A stretch of DNA of 64,000 nt from Histomonas meleagridis 2922-C6/04-290x (taxonomy: Eukaryota > Protista > Parabasalia): contig JAANOX010000238.1 in the NCBI GenBank assembly GCA_020184695.1, positions 503,630 to 567,629 of the forward strand, written 5' to 3'. Within the stretch, counting starts at the first letter, position 1. Every line of letters starts with the position of its first letter. Below are positions 36,530-46,869 of this stretch, one piece after another. Under the pieces are notes generated by a model. The model ran no database searches and had not been told where the DNA came from. It was given only the letters and a program-made list of their open reading frames with translations. The position numbers and the translations under genes were made by a program.

Positions 36530-37052
36530 TGAGTTTGCTTTTTTTGGCTAGTAATGACACACGCATAACAGAGAGGGAACGAGTACCAAGTTGTATTGAT
36601 GGAAACATTCAGTGACTCAAAAGAAAATTTTTATTTCGTTCTGGGAATGTGGATCTCCCGATGAGCATTATCCTATAGGACATTTACAAGCACAGTACGA
36701 TGCAGCAGATTTGGTAAGAAACTGACTGTTTTCTTCTACTTATCTACTGAAGTAGAAGAAAACTCTACTTATCTAATGATGTTAATTCATTGAAATATAC
36801 TGCTGATACATTTACACCGTTGGTCAATATTGCCACCATCCTAATGGAAAATATGTATCACATGTGCTTATCGGACTCCAAGCAGATAAGAAGATCCCCA
36901 GAGAAAGGCCGAATAACCTTGATATTCAAGATGACATGCAAAAGTGTGGTGGTGTTGGAGCTAAATCTTTTTCTGTTTTTACATCAGATGGACAAGAAAT
37001 AAGAGATTTCCTCATCGATTCATATTTCAATGCAGCTAAATTCAAAAAATAA
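36530..37052 (+). pseudogene. Degenerate Rho-like small GTPase pseudogene
   Basis: Pieces in different frames echo Rho motifs: ERVPSCIDG (EYVPTVFD), FWECGSPDEH (LWDTAGQED), VLIGLQADK (LVGLKxD). Several frameshifts and a fold-back insertion. Confidence 0.35.
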
Positions 37053-37102
37053 GATCAGTTGTTAATTAAATTCACTATAATTTTATTTTCCTACAAAACA
37101 AA

Positions 37103-38482
37103 TTATTTATTTTTTTGATTATTAACATATTCAATGTACTCTTCGGCGGTTCCAAAAGGATTTTCGAGCTGCCAGTCAATCAGTTTCTCGATTAAAGGCT
37201 TTAATTCCTTCCCTGGTTTTATTCCATGTAAATTTGCTAATTCAACGCCATTCATTAGTGGCTTCATTTCCCAAACGTCTTCTAGACGTTGCTCCTTTAT
37301 AAATGGGTCCACAACATTTATATAGAAATTATAAATATCATCATCAAATACAACCAAACTGGAAAACTTCCAAAGTTCTCCAATGTGTCGAATCCACCTA
37401 CCAACATTGAGTCTTGTTAAATTCTTTTCAAGTTTTACAAGTTCATATGCACCTGTCAATATTGATTCAACATCATATGCAACTTTTACAGGCATTTTCA
37501 AATTGCGCGCGATAGCATATTCTATGGCATTTATCTTTTTGTGATTGCGCTCTGGGTCTGATACTTTAGGATTAGAGAGAATAGGAGAGTAAATCGCTGA
37601 TAGGGAAAGCACTAAAAAACGGTCATTTCCGGGGTGCCTTGACACAACGGTTTGGACTCTTTTCAGGGCTTCGTTTGGATCAAGTGACCACTCATCTAAA
37701 CGGTCGAAAACAGGCGAAAAGAGACCTGATTCAACAAGATAAATAAGTGTATCAAGTGGTGCAATACCATCAAAGGCCTTGATTAACTCAGTTGCAATAC
37801 GCTCCCTTGTAATTTTACGTTTGAAGTCACCATGTATTTTTTGTGCTGCTGGAATTATTGATTCATGAAGTTTGAACCCAAAACGAGAAGCAAAGCGAAA
37901 AGCACGAAGAACTCTTAAAGGATCATCTTTAAAACTTTCTATTGGGTCGAGTGGTGTATTTATGATTCCGTTTTTTAGATCTTCAATACCATTTGTAAAA
38001 TCTTCAACTTTTTTTGTATTTATATTAAAAAATAAAGCATTCATTCTGAAGTCTCTTCTTTTCGCATCTTCCATTGGCGTTCCTTGTTTAATTGATGGTA
38101 TTCGAGAATCTTGAGTGTAAGAATCTGATCTGAGCCCACAAAAATCAATCCAAAAATCCGGGAAAATACATACGCGAGCTGTTTCCAAATGTTTAGATTG
38201 ATCAGGATTTGCTTCAATTACTACAATTTTAATATTATCGTTTTTAATTTTGTATTTGAGATTTTCTGCGAATGCTAGTCCAGTGGTGTTTTCAACAGCA
38301 ATATCTATATCATCAGACTCTTTACCAAGTAATTTATCTCTCACCCATCCACCTGCAGCTCTTGCAACAACAGGTGGATTAAAATCATTACAACGTGAGT
38401 ACACCATTTCAAATACTTCTTTTTCTGTTTGTGTTAAGAGATTGCCATTTTCAAGCAATTCTATATTTTTTTCGATTTCCAT
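37103..38482 (-). CDS. CCA1: CCA-adding tRNA nucleotidyltransferase (class II)
   Basis: AGGWVRDKLLG..SDDIDIA, EDAKRRDF.MNALF, F.DDPLRVLRAFRFA. The first ATG is at 38482 (the track start is TTG). Confidence 0.93.
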   Translation of the reverse strand: MEIEKNIELLENGNLLTQTEKEVFEMVYSRCNDFNPPVVARAAGGWVRDKLLGKESDDIDIAVENTTGLAFAENLKYKIKNDNIKIVVIEANPDQSKHLETARVCIFPDFWIDFCGLRSDSYTQDSRIPSIKQGTPMEDAKRRDFRMNALFFNINTKKVEDFTNGIEDLKNGIINTPLDPIESFKDDPLRVLRAFRFASRFGFKLHESIIPAAQKIHGDFKRKITRERIATELIKAFDGIAPLDTLIYLVESGLFSPVFDRLDEWSLDPNEALKRVQTVVSRHPGNDRFLVLSLSAIYSPILSNPKVSDPERNHKKINAIEYAIARNLKMPVKVAYDVESILTGAYELVKLEKNLTRLNVGRWIRHIGELWKFSSLVVFDDDIYNFYINVVDPFIKEQRLEDVWEMKPLMNGVELANLHGIKPGKELKPLIEKLIDWQLENPFGTAEEYIEYVNNQKNK

Positions 38483-38555
38483 TTTAGCCAAACAAAGTCC
38501 CTCAAATCATCAAAAGTGACGTATTTTAAATTGCCAAAACTCCAAAAAATCCAAA

Positions 38556-39743
38556 ATGAGCAAAAAAATACCAACAGTTCTTGTTATTGCCAACCCAGGA
38601 GAAAATTGGTACCAACTTTGTGCAGACTACACTGATGTTTTTACTGTTGAACAAGCATGTTGGGAAGATATTTCATTAACTTCATATCCGAATAATGCAG
38701 TTGTCAATCTTGGGATTGCAAGATTCCCAAATTCCGAAAACCAAAAAAGAAGAAGAACTATCACTCCTGATTTGATTTTAATTCGAATGTTTTGTAGATA
38801 CATCGGTGTCCTTGGAACCAAACCTGATTATAGAAATGTTTTATATGGTTTCATGCATGCCAATATTCCTATGATCAATGCTTTTTCGTCAATTGTATGT
38901 GATCTTGATCGTCCATTAATGATTGGCTGTCTCAAATCCATTGAAAAAAGGCTTGGTTCCGACAACTTCCCTGTCATCCCACAATATTATTATTCTGAGC
39001 CACGTGAAATGTTTATTACTCCATCCATTCCATATGTTCTCAAAGTCTCATATTCGCATGCAGGTTATGGCAAAACGCGTATTAACAACAGTAGTGAGCT
39101 TGATGACGTCAAAAGTATTCTTCATCTTCATCATGATTATGCAATGGCCGAACCGTTTATCACATCAGCATATGAAGTCCGAATTGTTTTTATTGCTCCA
39201 GACTATTATAGGGCGCATAAACGTACTGCAATGGAATGGAAAGTTAATTATGGAATGTCAAATGAACGCGAAGACATTGACATGACGCCGAAGTATAAAA
39301 TGTGGATTGACGAAATACGTAAAGCATTTCCCGACATGGAAACGTTTTGCATCGATTCAATTGTAGCCGAAGATGGAAAAGAATATATTTTAGAAGTTAA
39401 TGGCTCTGCGCATGGACTTGCGCCAGAACATAACGAAGAAGAACTTATCAAAATGCGCGAACTCGTAATGAGTAAGTTGAACGTGTTAAAGGAAGAAGAA
39501 GGAAAAGAACATAAAGCAACGCTTGAAAGTGACAAAGACCTCGAAATATTGAATTTAAAGAACAGAGAAACATATTTAGAGTCATTGCTACAAAGACTCA
39601 AACAAACGCCAGCTCAAGCGCCTGTTGAAAGGAAAGGAAACACTGATAACGATGGAACCTCTGGGATTGTATTATATTTTATAGCTATAATACTTGTGGT
39701 AGTTGCCGTGGTTCAGTTCTTCTTATTAAGAAGACATAAATGA
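38556..39743 (+). CDS. Synapsin-like ATP-grasp protein with a C-terminal transmembrane anchor
   Basis: VEQA.WED, PDLILIR, RLG..NFP.IPQ.YY, P.VLKV..SHAGYGK.RI, AEPFI...YEVRI, WK.N.G, GKEYILEVN match the synapsin C domain; ends IVLYFIAIILVVVAVVQFFLL-RRHK. Confidence 0.75.
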   Translation: MSKKIPTVLVIANPGENWYQLCADYTDVFTVEQACWEDISLTSYPNNAVVNLGIARFPNSENQKRRRTITPDLILIRMFCRYIGVLGTKPDYRNVLYGFMHANIPMINAFSSIVCDLDRPLMIGCLKSIEKRLGSDNFPVIPQYYYSEPREMFITPSIPYVLKVSYSHAGYGKTRINNSSELDDVKSILHLHHDYAMAEPFITSAYEVRIVFIAPDYYRAHKRTAMEWKVNYGMSNEREDIDMTPKYKMWIDEIRKAFPDMETFCIDSIVAEDGKEYILEVNGSAHGLAPEHNEEELIKMRELVMSKLNVLKEEEGKEHKATLESDKDLEILNLKNRETYLESLLQRLKQTPAQAPVERKGNTDNDGTSGIVLYFIAIILVVVAVVQFFLLRRHK

Positions 39744-39989
39744 TAACTATTGATCCAAACCGAAATAAAAAGAGTTAATTAAAATTGTTTAGAAATACTT
39801 TAAATTTTAAACGTATGTTGAAAGGATTTACTGAATCGAAGTAATTCAGCTTTGCCCTCTCGTGGACCGTTATAATCCTTTCAATTTTCATAGGCGATAA
39901 AAGATTGAGGCGTATTTTTGCCCGTACTGTCAATTAATTGACAGCGTATGTGAAAAAAACCGAAATGTTGGGCCTAAGTGAAACATTAA

Positions 39990-42900
39990 ATGTCTGAAGA
40001 AGAACTTGGGCAGGTGATTAAATCCTGTATCCAATGTGGTAATAATATTTCAAAACGTGCGTTATATCGGCTTTCTTCTGCAATTCGAAGTTATTCACAG
40101 AATGCTCCAAATATTTTGATATCATCAATAAAAACAAATATTTGTGATTTTGATTCACCAACTGTTCCAACGAGAATTTTAGCTGCAATGTCTTATGAAT
40201 TAAGTGGTATTGAAAGTAGTTACTTTCTTCCAATAATTCATTCGATAGTTAAAATGGCAATGTCTCAATCGTCCTCTGTTATAGCCCCAATCCATAATGC
40301 TATTTTTCTTCTACCAGCTGGTGCATTATCTAAAGAAAAAGCCCACGAAATAGCGATACATATTCTTGATCTTCTCCAACAATTCATTATCCAAAATGAG
40401 CCTTTCCAAGTTCTTGCCACCGCACTTTCACAATTCATGAAGAAATGGGCCGAAATTCTTCCAAATCCAGAAATCTTTTGTTCGTCCATTTTTTCAATTC
40501 TTACCAACATAGAATCATTTACATATTCAACATTATCGCTCTTATGCCAAGCATTAACATATTTACTTCTTGCACTTGTCGGCTTAGATACTTCTTTAAA
40601 AGAATTAATTGACGAAATAATCGATAAAAAACCAACAGTTTTAGACAAATGTACATTCATTTCCAATATTAGTTTTATTGAATTTGTTCAACAAACATTA
40701 CCCACATCAGCCAAACTTCAACTGATTGCATCTGTAATTTTTTCATTACCTGATGTCAAAATCAGTGAAATAGCAAATCGATTTACATTACTTTCAAGTA
40801 CAATAAAACAACCACCAACAGATGACATTGGTCGTGCATGTTTTTATACTATGTTATCAGCAGTATTAAAAGCGACAGCAAAACAAATTACACCAAAAGC
40901 ATTAAATATGTGTTGTAATGCATTGTTTTCATCACCAGAAGTAAATGATACAGCAAATCGTCGAGCAATGCGATATTGTATTGTAATGTTATTACAATGT
41001 GCATCACATATTCAAAACCCATCAAAGTTTTATGAGATGTTATTTTCAAGAATATTATCATTACCAAAGACATCATTTTTAAGACAAGATTCATTACCAT
41101 TAATTATACCATGTATGCAAATATCGAACATAACAAAAACTTTTTTTCAAGAAATTATTGATATGATTGAAACACATCAAAACTTAGCGCTTCGATGTTT
41201 ATCTGAGTTATATGAAAAGTTTCAAATTCCACAAGAATATTCGAATTTATTATTTAGTAAATTAAAGTTAATGTCACAACAAAACAGAACTATAGTATTA
41301 AATTCTATTGCGAAAACTAATAAAAGTGCAATAAAATTATTAATAGAACATTTAACATCATTTACAAATATTGAAGAAGAAGAAAAGTTAACATTGTTAT
41401 TATTACTTGCTTCAGTTGAAGCTAAAATGACTTTAAGTCCATTTGTTTCATCACAACTTTTACGTAACGCTATACATTCATTTGATTTTCAAGTTCGACT
41501 TTCAGCTTTAAGACTTTTATGTGGTCAACATAACTTTGATAAAGAATTAATAAGTATATTACATGAAACAATTCCAAGAGTTTTCTTATATTTCGATATA
41601 CAATATCAAAAAGAACTTGAAAGATGTTTAGAATTAGTTATCCCACGTTTAAAACCTGAACAATGTACAACTTTTTTAAATGATTTAATGGATCAAATAT
41701 TACCAATTTTAAAATTATCTCAATGTGATAATAAGAAATCATATATATTAAATGTAATAAAAATTATTTGGAGACATAAACCAATACAATTATTTTCGAA
41801 AGAACTTTTACAACAATTAATATTAAAATTATTCGAAAGTAATTATATCCTTCGAGATTTAATATTTCGATCATTAATATTAATAAATAAAATGATAAAT
41901 AATAAAACACAACCAAATATATTCACATTAACATTTAATAAAGATAATGCATTTATAAAGGAATTAATCGATAAATATAAAGGAAGTACACGTTTTAGAG
42001 AAACTGATAGTGCTGCACGATTAATAGCACTTGTACATTTAACTCGTAATGATCAATCATTTGAAGAAATAATTAATAATATGTGGTTAGAATTTTGTAA
42101 TGATCAAAATCAAATTGTTTCACATTTTCCTTTATCAGTAATATTACATATATTACAAAGCACTAATAAGATCCCAATTAGTATATCATTTTTAACTAAT
42201 AAAATGTTTCCAAAATTATGTAAATTAATTCGTGAATCATTAGATTATATCGGAGTGACAGTTAATATCGAATCAATGCCAATTCATTCAATAAAAGGTG
42301 AAATTGTTGAATCACAAACACATACATTAGCTATTAAATATTGGTTAGTCGTACGACAATCATTAAATATAATTTCATGTATAATAAATCGATGTTTTGA
42401 AGATATATCAAAAGAAGTAATTAAAGAAACAGGTGATACATTATTAAACTTTTTAGTTGAATCTTGTAATTATTCATCTGTTTATTATGCACATTTAACT
42501 TTTCAAGCTTTATGTGCAAGATGTTTCACAAGAGAAAATTGTTCAAATTTCCCATATCAATGGACAATATCATTACTTGAAGCATCTGGAAATTTTACTA
42601 AATTAGAGCATAGAATTTCTGGTGGATTTATTCAAGCTGCTATGGCTTTAATACATTCAGAACCTATGAATTTATTTGGCTCTCAACGTTCTATATATCA
42701 TTTAATGGTACAACATTGTTTTACTACTTTGGATAATCCATGTTCTGTTAATGATATAATTTCGGCATTGTTATTAACTGAATCTATAGCTACTGACTTA
42801 ACGACACAAAGTAATTTCGAACCATACGCAGTTAAATTAATAATGTCAGTGTTATTTGTAAATTGTCAACCAATGTCATTCGAACTTAAAACGACTGCTA

Positions 42901-44282
42901 ATCATTGTTTAACTACTTTGTTATTAAGACATTGGGGTCATAAAGAAGAGCCTAAAGAATATAAATGCATTTTAAACACTGACTTCTTTAAATCAGTTGA
43001 AGGCGCTTATGATTTCTTCCTTGAACATTTACTTGAACAAGATCAAGTTACATATATAATCTTACAAATAATTCAAATAATGAAACCTTTCCCAAACATC
43101 GAATTATTCGAAAGAATTTCCGATTTATGTTCTTGTAAATCTTCAAGATTAAGAAGAGCTGCATCGAGAGCTTTATTAGTTGTAATCGATCCATTAAAAG
43201 CAGAAGAATTTGTATCAAAAAGAATTCATAAAATTATTAATATAAAAAATGATACGAATACTATAGATGGAATATTATTACAAATTCAACAATTATCACG
43301 AAAATTTCCAAACGTTGTAAAGAATTTATATCCAGAAGTTTATGAAATGTGCTCAACATTAATTAAAAATCATATAACAGATTATATACAAATTTATATA
43401 TATGTATCGTTAGCTAGCGAATTTGATTGTTTGGATATAATGTATCCGATTTTAATAAAAATATTCCAAGAAAGAAATCGAATTAAACATTTGCCATTTG
43501 GTTATCAATTAATTCGAACATCTTTTTCAATATTAAATGAAGAACAAATTATAAATTTATTGGAATCAAATGAATTAACTTTTAAATTACATTATTTACT
43601 TTCCAGAGCTAAAATGAAAATGATAAAATCGGATAAAATTAAATCGGTTTTATTGGACTTATTACTTAATGATAAAAATAATCAAATTTTCGATATTTTA
43701 TGTCCAATTATTACTAAAGAATTCCAACCAAATGAACTACAAAAAAGACGTTTCATAGCACTTCTATATGAAACTAAAGAAGATGCAAAGTTAACAAGTC
43801 TCTTGAATTTGATTCCAATCTTTTTGTCTGATGTTAAAATCGTTATGCATCGATTTTCAAAGTTTTCCACTTTTGATTACAAACCAATTCAAAACATTTT
43901 GTTCGGTTTATCAAAACTGACACTCGTATTTCATGAACAAATGTATTCAAAGGTTATTAATGATATTCCTTGGAAAATTACTTTAAGGATTTTAAGTGAT
44001 GAAAACCCACAAATTAGAGAACCTTGTTGTAAGGCTTTGTCTTATCATTTTTGTTATAACGAAAATCAAAGAATTGAATTATGCGAATATGACTTGATAA
44101 ATTTAATATATAAAAGAATAGCAAATTATCCAAACGTTATAAACTCGGTCTTAAATGATATGAAGAAAAATAAGGAATGCGAAAAAGAACTGAAATATAA
44201 AAACGAAGTGTCGCCTTTCTTGTTCCCGCCATCGTTCCATATTAAATGCATTAAAAACGCAATTGACTCTTTAAAGAAATAG
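39990..44282 (+). CDS. THADA: THADA/Trm732-like HEAT-repeat protein (DUF2428-like region)
   Basis: 1430-aa helical protein with W.VVRQS..I, F.ALC..C, P.QW...LL, RISGG....A.ALI.SEP, R.AASRALL and a late L.DE.P.IRE motif in THADA order. Confidence 0.65.
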   Translation: MSEEELGQVIKSCIQCGNNISKRALYRLSSAIRSYSQNAPNILISSIKTNICDFDSPTVPTRILAAMSYELSGIESSYFLPIIHSIVKMAMSQSSSVIAPIHNAIFLLPAGALSKEKAHEIAIHILDLLQQFIIQNEPFQVLATALSQFMKKWAEILPNPEIFCSSIFSILTNIESFTYSTLSLLCQALTYLLLALVGLDTSLKELIDEIIDKKPTVLDKCTFISNISFIEFVQQTLPTSAKLQLIASVIFSLPDVKISEIANRFTLLSSTIKQPPTDDIGRACFYTMLSAVLKATAKQITPKALNMCCNALFSSPEVNDTANRRAMRYCIVMLLQCASHIQNPSKFYEMLFSRILSLPKTSFLRQDSLPLIIPCMQISNITKTFFQEIIDMIETHQNLALRCLSELYEKFQIPQEYSNLLFSKLKLMSQQNRTIVLNSIAKTNKSAIKLLIEHLTSFTNIEEEEKLTLLLLLASVEAKMTLSPFVSSQLLRNAIHSFDFQVRLSALRLLCGQHNFDKELISILHETIPRVFLYFDIQYQKELERCLELVIPRLKPEQCTTFLNDLMDQILPILKLSQCDNKKSYILNVIKIIWRHKPIQLFSKELLQQLILKLFESNYILRDLIFRSLILINKMINNKTQPNIFTLTFNKDNAFIKELIDKYKGSTRFRETDSAARLIALVHLTRNDQSFEEIINNMWLEFCNDQNQIVSHFPLSVILHILQSTNKIPISISFLTNKMFPKLCKLIRESLDYIGVTVNIESMPIHSIKGEIVESQTHTLAIKYWLVVRQSLNIISCIINRCFEDISKEVIKETGDTLLNFLVESCNYSSVYYAHLTFQALCARCFTRENCSNFPYQWTISLLEASGNFTKLEHRISGGFIQAAMALIHSEPMNLFGSQRSIYHLMVQHCFTTLDNPCSVNDIISALLLTESIATDLTTQSNFEPYAVKLIMSVLFVNCQPMSFELKTTANHCLTTLLLRHWGHKEEPKEYKCILNTDFFKSVEGAYDFFLEHLLEQDQVTYIILQIIQIMKPFPNIELFERISDLCSCKSSRLRRAASRALLVVIDPLKAEEFVSKRIHKIINIKNDTNTIDGILLQIQQLSRKFPNVVKNLYPEVYEMCSTLIKNHITDYIQIYIYVSLASEFDCLDIMYPILIKIFQERNRIKHLPFGYQLIRTSFSILNEEQIINLLESNELTFKLHYLLSRAKMKMIKSDKIKSVLLDLLLNDKNNQIFDILCPIITKEFQPNELQKRRFIALLYETKEDAKLTSLLNLIPIFLSDVKIVMHRFSKFSTFDYKPIQNILFGLSKLTLVFHEQMYSKVINDIPWKITLRILSDENPQIREPCCKALSYHFCYNENQRIELCEYDLINLIYKRIANYPNVINSVLNDMKKNKECEKELKYKNEVSPFLFPPSFHIKCIKNAIDSLKK

Positions 44283-44640
44283 AAATTTTGTATTTTATCA
44301 ATAAAATATAAAGTATACAGAATTAATTTTGCTTTTTTTTTTTTTTTAGTGTTGAAGCGTTTTTTGATATCAAAATATTAAATTTGAATCCAATTTCGAA
44401 ATTCAAATTTTACATTGTTTGAATCATTTATGCGTAATCATGTGTCTCGTTCGCATTTTACTTAAAAAACCATTTACAGATAACGTGTTATCAAAGAGAT
44501 TAGGGACAAAGTCAGATTGTAAATAAGGTCTTCAAGAAATTTTGGTTGGATTACGAAAAAGTGCTGCACTCAAAACTGGAAAAATGCGGTTAAAAATGGG
44601 ATCTTATAATATTATAGACAACAATTCTTAAGATTTTACC

Positions 44641-45234
44641 ATGATGGTAGAACCAAAAGTTAAACAAGCAAGGGTTGTTATGGTTGGAGATTCTGCTGTC
44701 GGAAAAACTTCAATATTAAATCAACTTGTAGATCATACTTTTAACCAATTTGAACAAAGTACAATTGGTTCAAATTACCAAATATTTGTCGAAGACATAG
44801 GTGATATAAAAGTAGAAATGCAAATTTGGGATACATCTGGTCAAGAAAAATTTAGATCTCTTGGTCCAATTTATTACAGAAATGCAATTGCATCAGTTGC
44901 AGTATACGACCAAACAATACCAACATCATATCAACACTTAGAAAGTTGGGTTCGCGAAGTAATTGAAGTTGCAGGTCCATCAACAATTATTGCTATTGCA
45001 GCAAATAAATGCGATCTTACAGGAAAAGAACAGATATCATTCGAGGAAGCAAAAAGTTGGGCAAAATCAAGAGGATTTATTATCGAACAAACATCTGCTT
45101 TAAATGGAACAGGAATTTACAAATTGTTTTCAAGGTTAGCAGCCTCAATTGTAAACGTAAATCAGGAGCAAGAACTTGGAAAAGACATTAATAGAAAAAT
45201 TAATACTGGTCAACAAAAAAAATGCGAATGTTAA
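44641..45234 (+). CDS. Rab-family small GTPase
   Basis: GDSAVGKT, STIG, WDTSGQEKFRSL, NKCD, TSA and C-terminal CXC (KKCEC). Confidence 0.93.
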   Translation: MMVEPKVKQARVVMVGDSAVGKTSILNQLVDHTFNQFEQSTIGSNYQIFVEDIGDIKVEMQIWDTSGQEKFRSLGPIYYRNAIASVAVYDQTIPTSYQHLESWVREVIEVAGPSTIIAIAANKCDLTGKEQISFEEAKSWAKSRGFIIEQTSALNGTGIYKLFSRLAASIVNVNQEQELGKDINRKINTGQQKKCEC

Positions 45235-45335
45235 TTAATGATTATTAATAAATTAGAAATATTTTACATGAAATAATGTGAATTTGTCATGTTTTTGATT
45301 GTTGTTTTCTTTGTAATTAGAAACAAACAAAATTA

Positions 45336-46797
45336 CCCTGGTATTCCTCCAATTGGTGGTATCGAAAAACGTTTAAACTATTCAAAAAAAATAGTAAACG
45401 GTATTATAAATAAGATGTCAAATTCATTGTTCAGAGGAAAACCCCACAATAATTATTCTAATTATACAAAAAGACAAAAGATATCGTTAATTTTGGATCA
45501 GATTTCAAGGGGAGTGCCCTCAATTTACAAAATCTCAGCTTCAACCGGAATTCCAGAATCAACATTAAGGAACTGGATAAGGTGTTTGATTAAAAACCCT
45601 GAATGGAGGCCATGGCAAACATGCCATGGACAAGGGCACAGAATCTTTACCAATACAGAACAGAAAGCAATCAAGGATTATATCATTGATTGTTTCCTGA
45701 AACCAGGGTATGTCTTTACCAACGATGATTTTATCGAAATTGTAATGAATGCTTATTTGACCAAGTATCAAGACGAAATTAACATCGATGAAAAAAAACA
45801 ATTCATTACATCTCAACATTTTATCACTGACTTTAAGAAACGAAATCACATCTCATCAAGGTCCCTCCATGCGAAGCGAAGGCCAATAGTCTCACAAGAT
45901 AGTATAAATACATTTGTCGAAAGAATCAGGCAACTTCTGTCAACTGTTGACCACGGAAGGATCATTAACTGTGACGAAACAAGTTGGAGAGCATTCCCAA
46001 ATGGGATTCTTACATGGGCAGGAACTGGATCAGATTCGATCAATATCAATGTTATGTCATATGAAAAGGAATCCTTGACTGTCATAGCGAGCATTATAGC
46101 CGATGGTACCAAAATTCCTCTTTATTATATAGCCAAAGGCAAAACGCAGGCTTGTGAAGCATCCCAAATTGGGGATGTCTCACCTCACATGTCAGCTCAT
46201 TCGGAAAACGGTAGGACAACCGCTGAAACATTCTCTGGATATCTCATCTTCCTTCGTCAGCATTTCAACGATGATGATGAAATTCATTTGATTTTGGATT
46301 CATACTAAGCTCATATTTGTGAAACAGTTCGAAATTTAGCAAATGAGCGCAAGATCAAATTATATTATATCCCTCCTGGGATGACTGATATGTTCCAGCC
46401 CTTGGATAAAAGGGCCTTTGGCTGCTTAAAGGCCACGGCAAAGTATCTATTTCGAAAACGTTACAACGAGGATCGAAATGTAAAACTTACAAAATCAATT
46501 GCAGCACAACATTTGATCTGGGCTTGGGAACATCTCCAGAGCCATGTTATCCAGGATTCTTGGTCATTATGCTTTCCAGATCAGTAAACACCTAAATCTT
46601 TAAAATATTTAAAAAATTGATAAATAAATTCATCATATAAATATCATAATAGCTTCTTATCATTAAGCACATGGACCCGACTTTACACAAAATCATGAAA
46701 ACCAGTTTATATTTATCTTTTGAAGTTTTCTTCCTTTCCATTTGAAATGACATCTCCTTAACGGTCACCTATACCACCAATTGGAGGAATACCAGGG
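45336..46797 (+). mobile_element. Full-length pogo-like DNA transposon (1462 bp, family A1) with a single nonsense mutation
   Basis: Perfect 27-bp TIRs CCCTGGTATTCCTCCAATTGGTGGTAT (45336-45362, 46771-46797) flanked by TA. Transposase ATG 45415 to 46587 with HTH, NCDETSW, LDSY*AH (TAA at 46306) and FQPLD, giving DD35D. Confidence 0.93.
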
Positions 46798-46869
46798 TAT
46801 ATTTCGTTACGGATAATTTGTTTACAAATTGTTCATCATTACAATTCCTGATACAGTCACTTCAATATA

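Noticed and set aside
37103-44282. Functional tRNA-maturation cluster (CCA enzyme near THADA-like)
   Set aside because: They are separated by an unrelated gene, and the neighbourhood mixes unrelated functions, so chance adjacency is likely.
45289-45414. Signal-peptide-transposase fusion implied by ORF 45289-46308
   Set aside because: The extension runs through flanking DNA, the TA TSD and the TIR. The element's own ATG is at 45415, and the ORF is broken by a stop.
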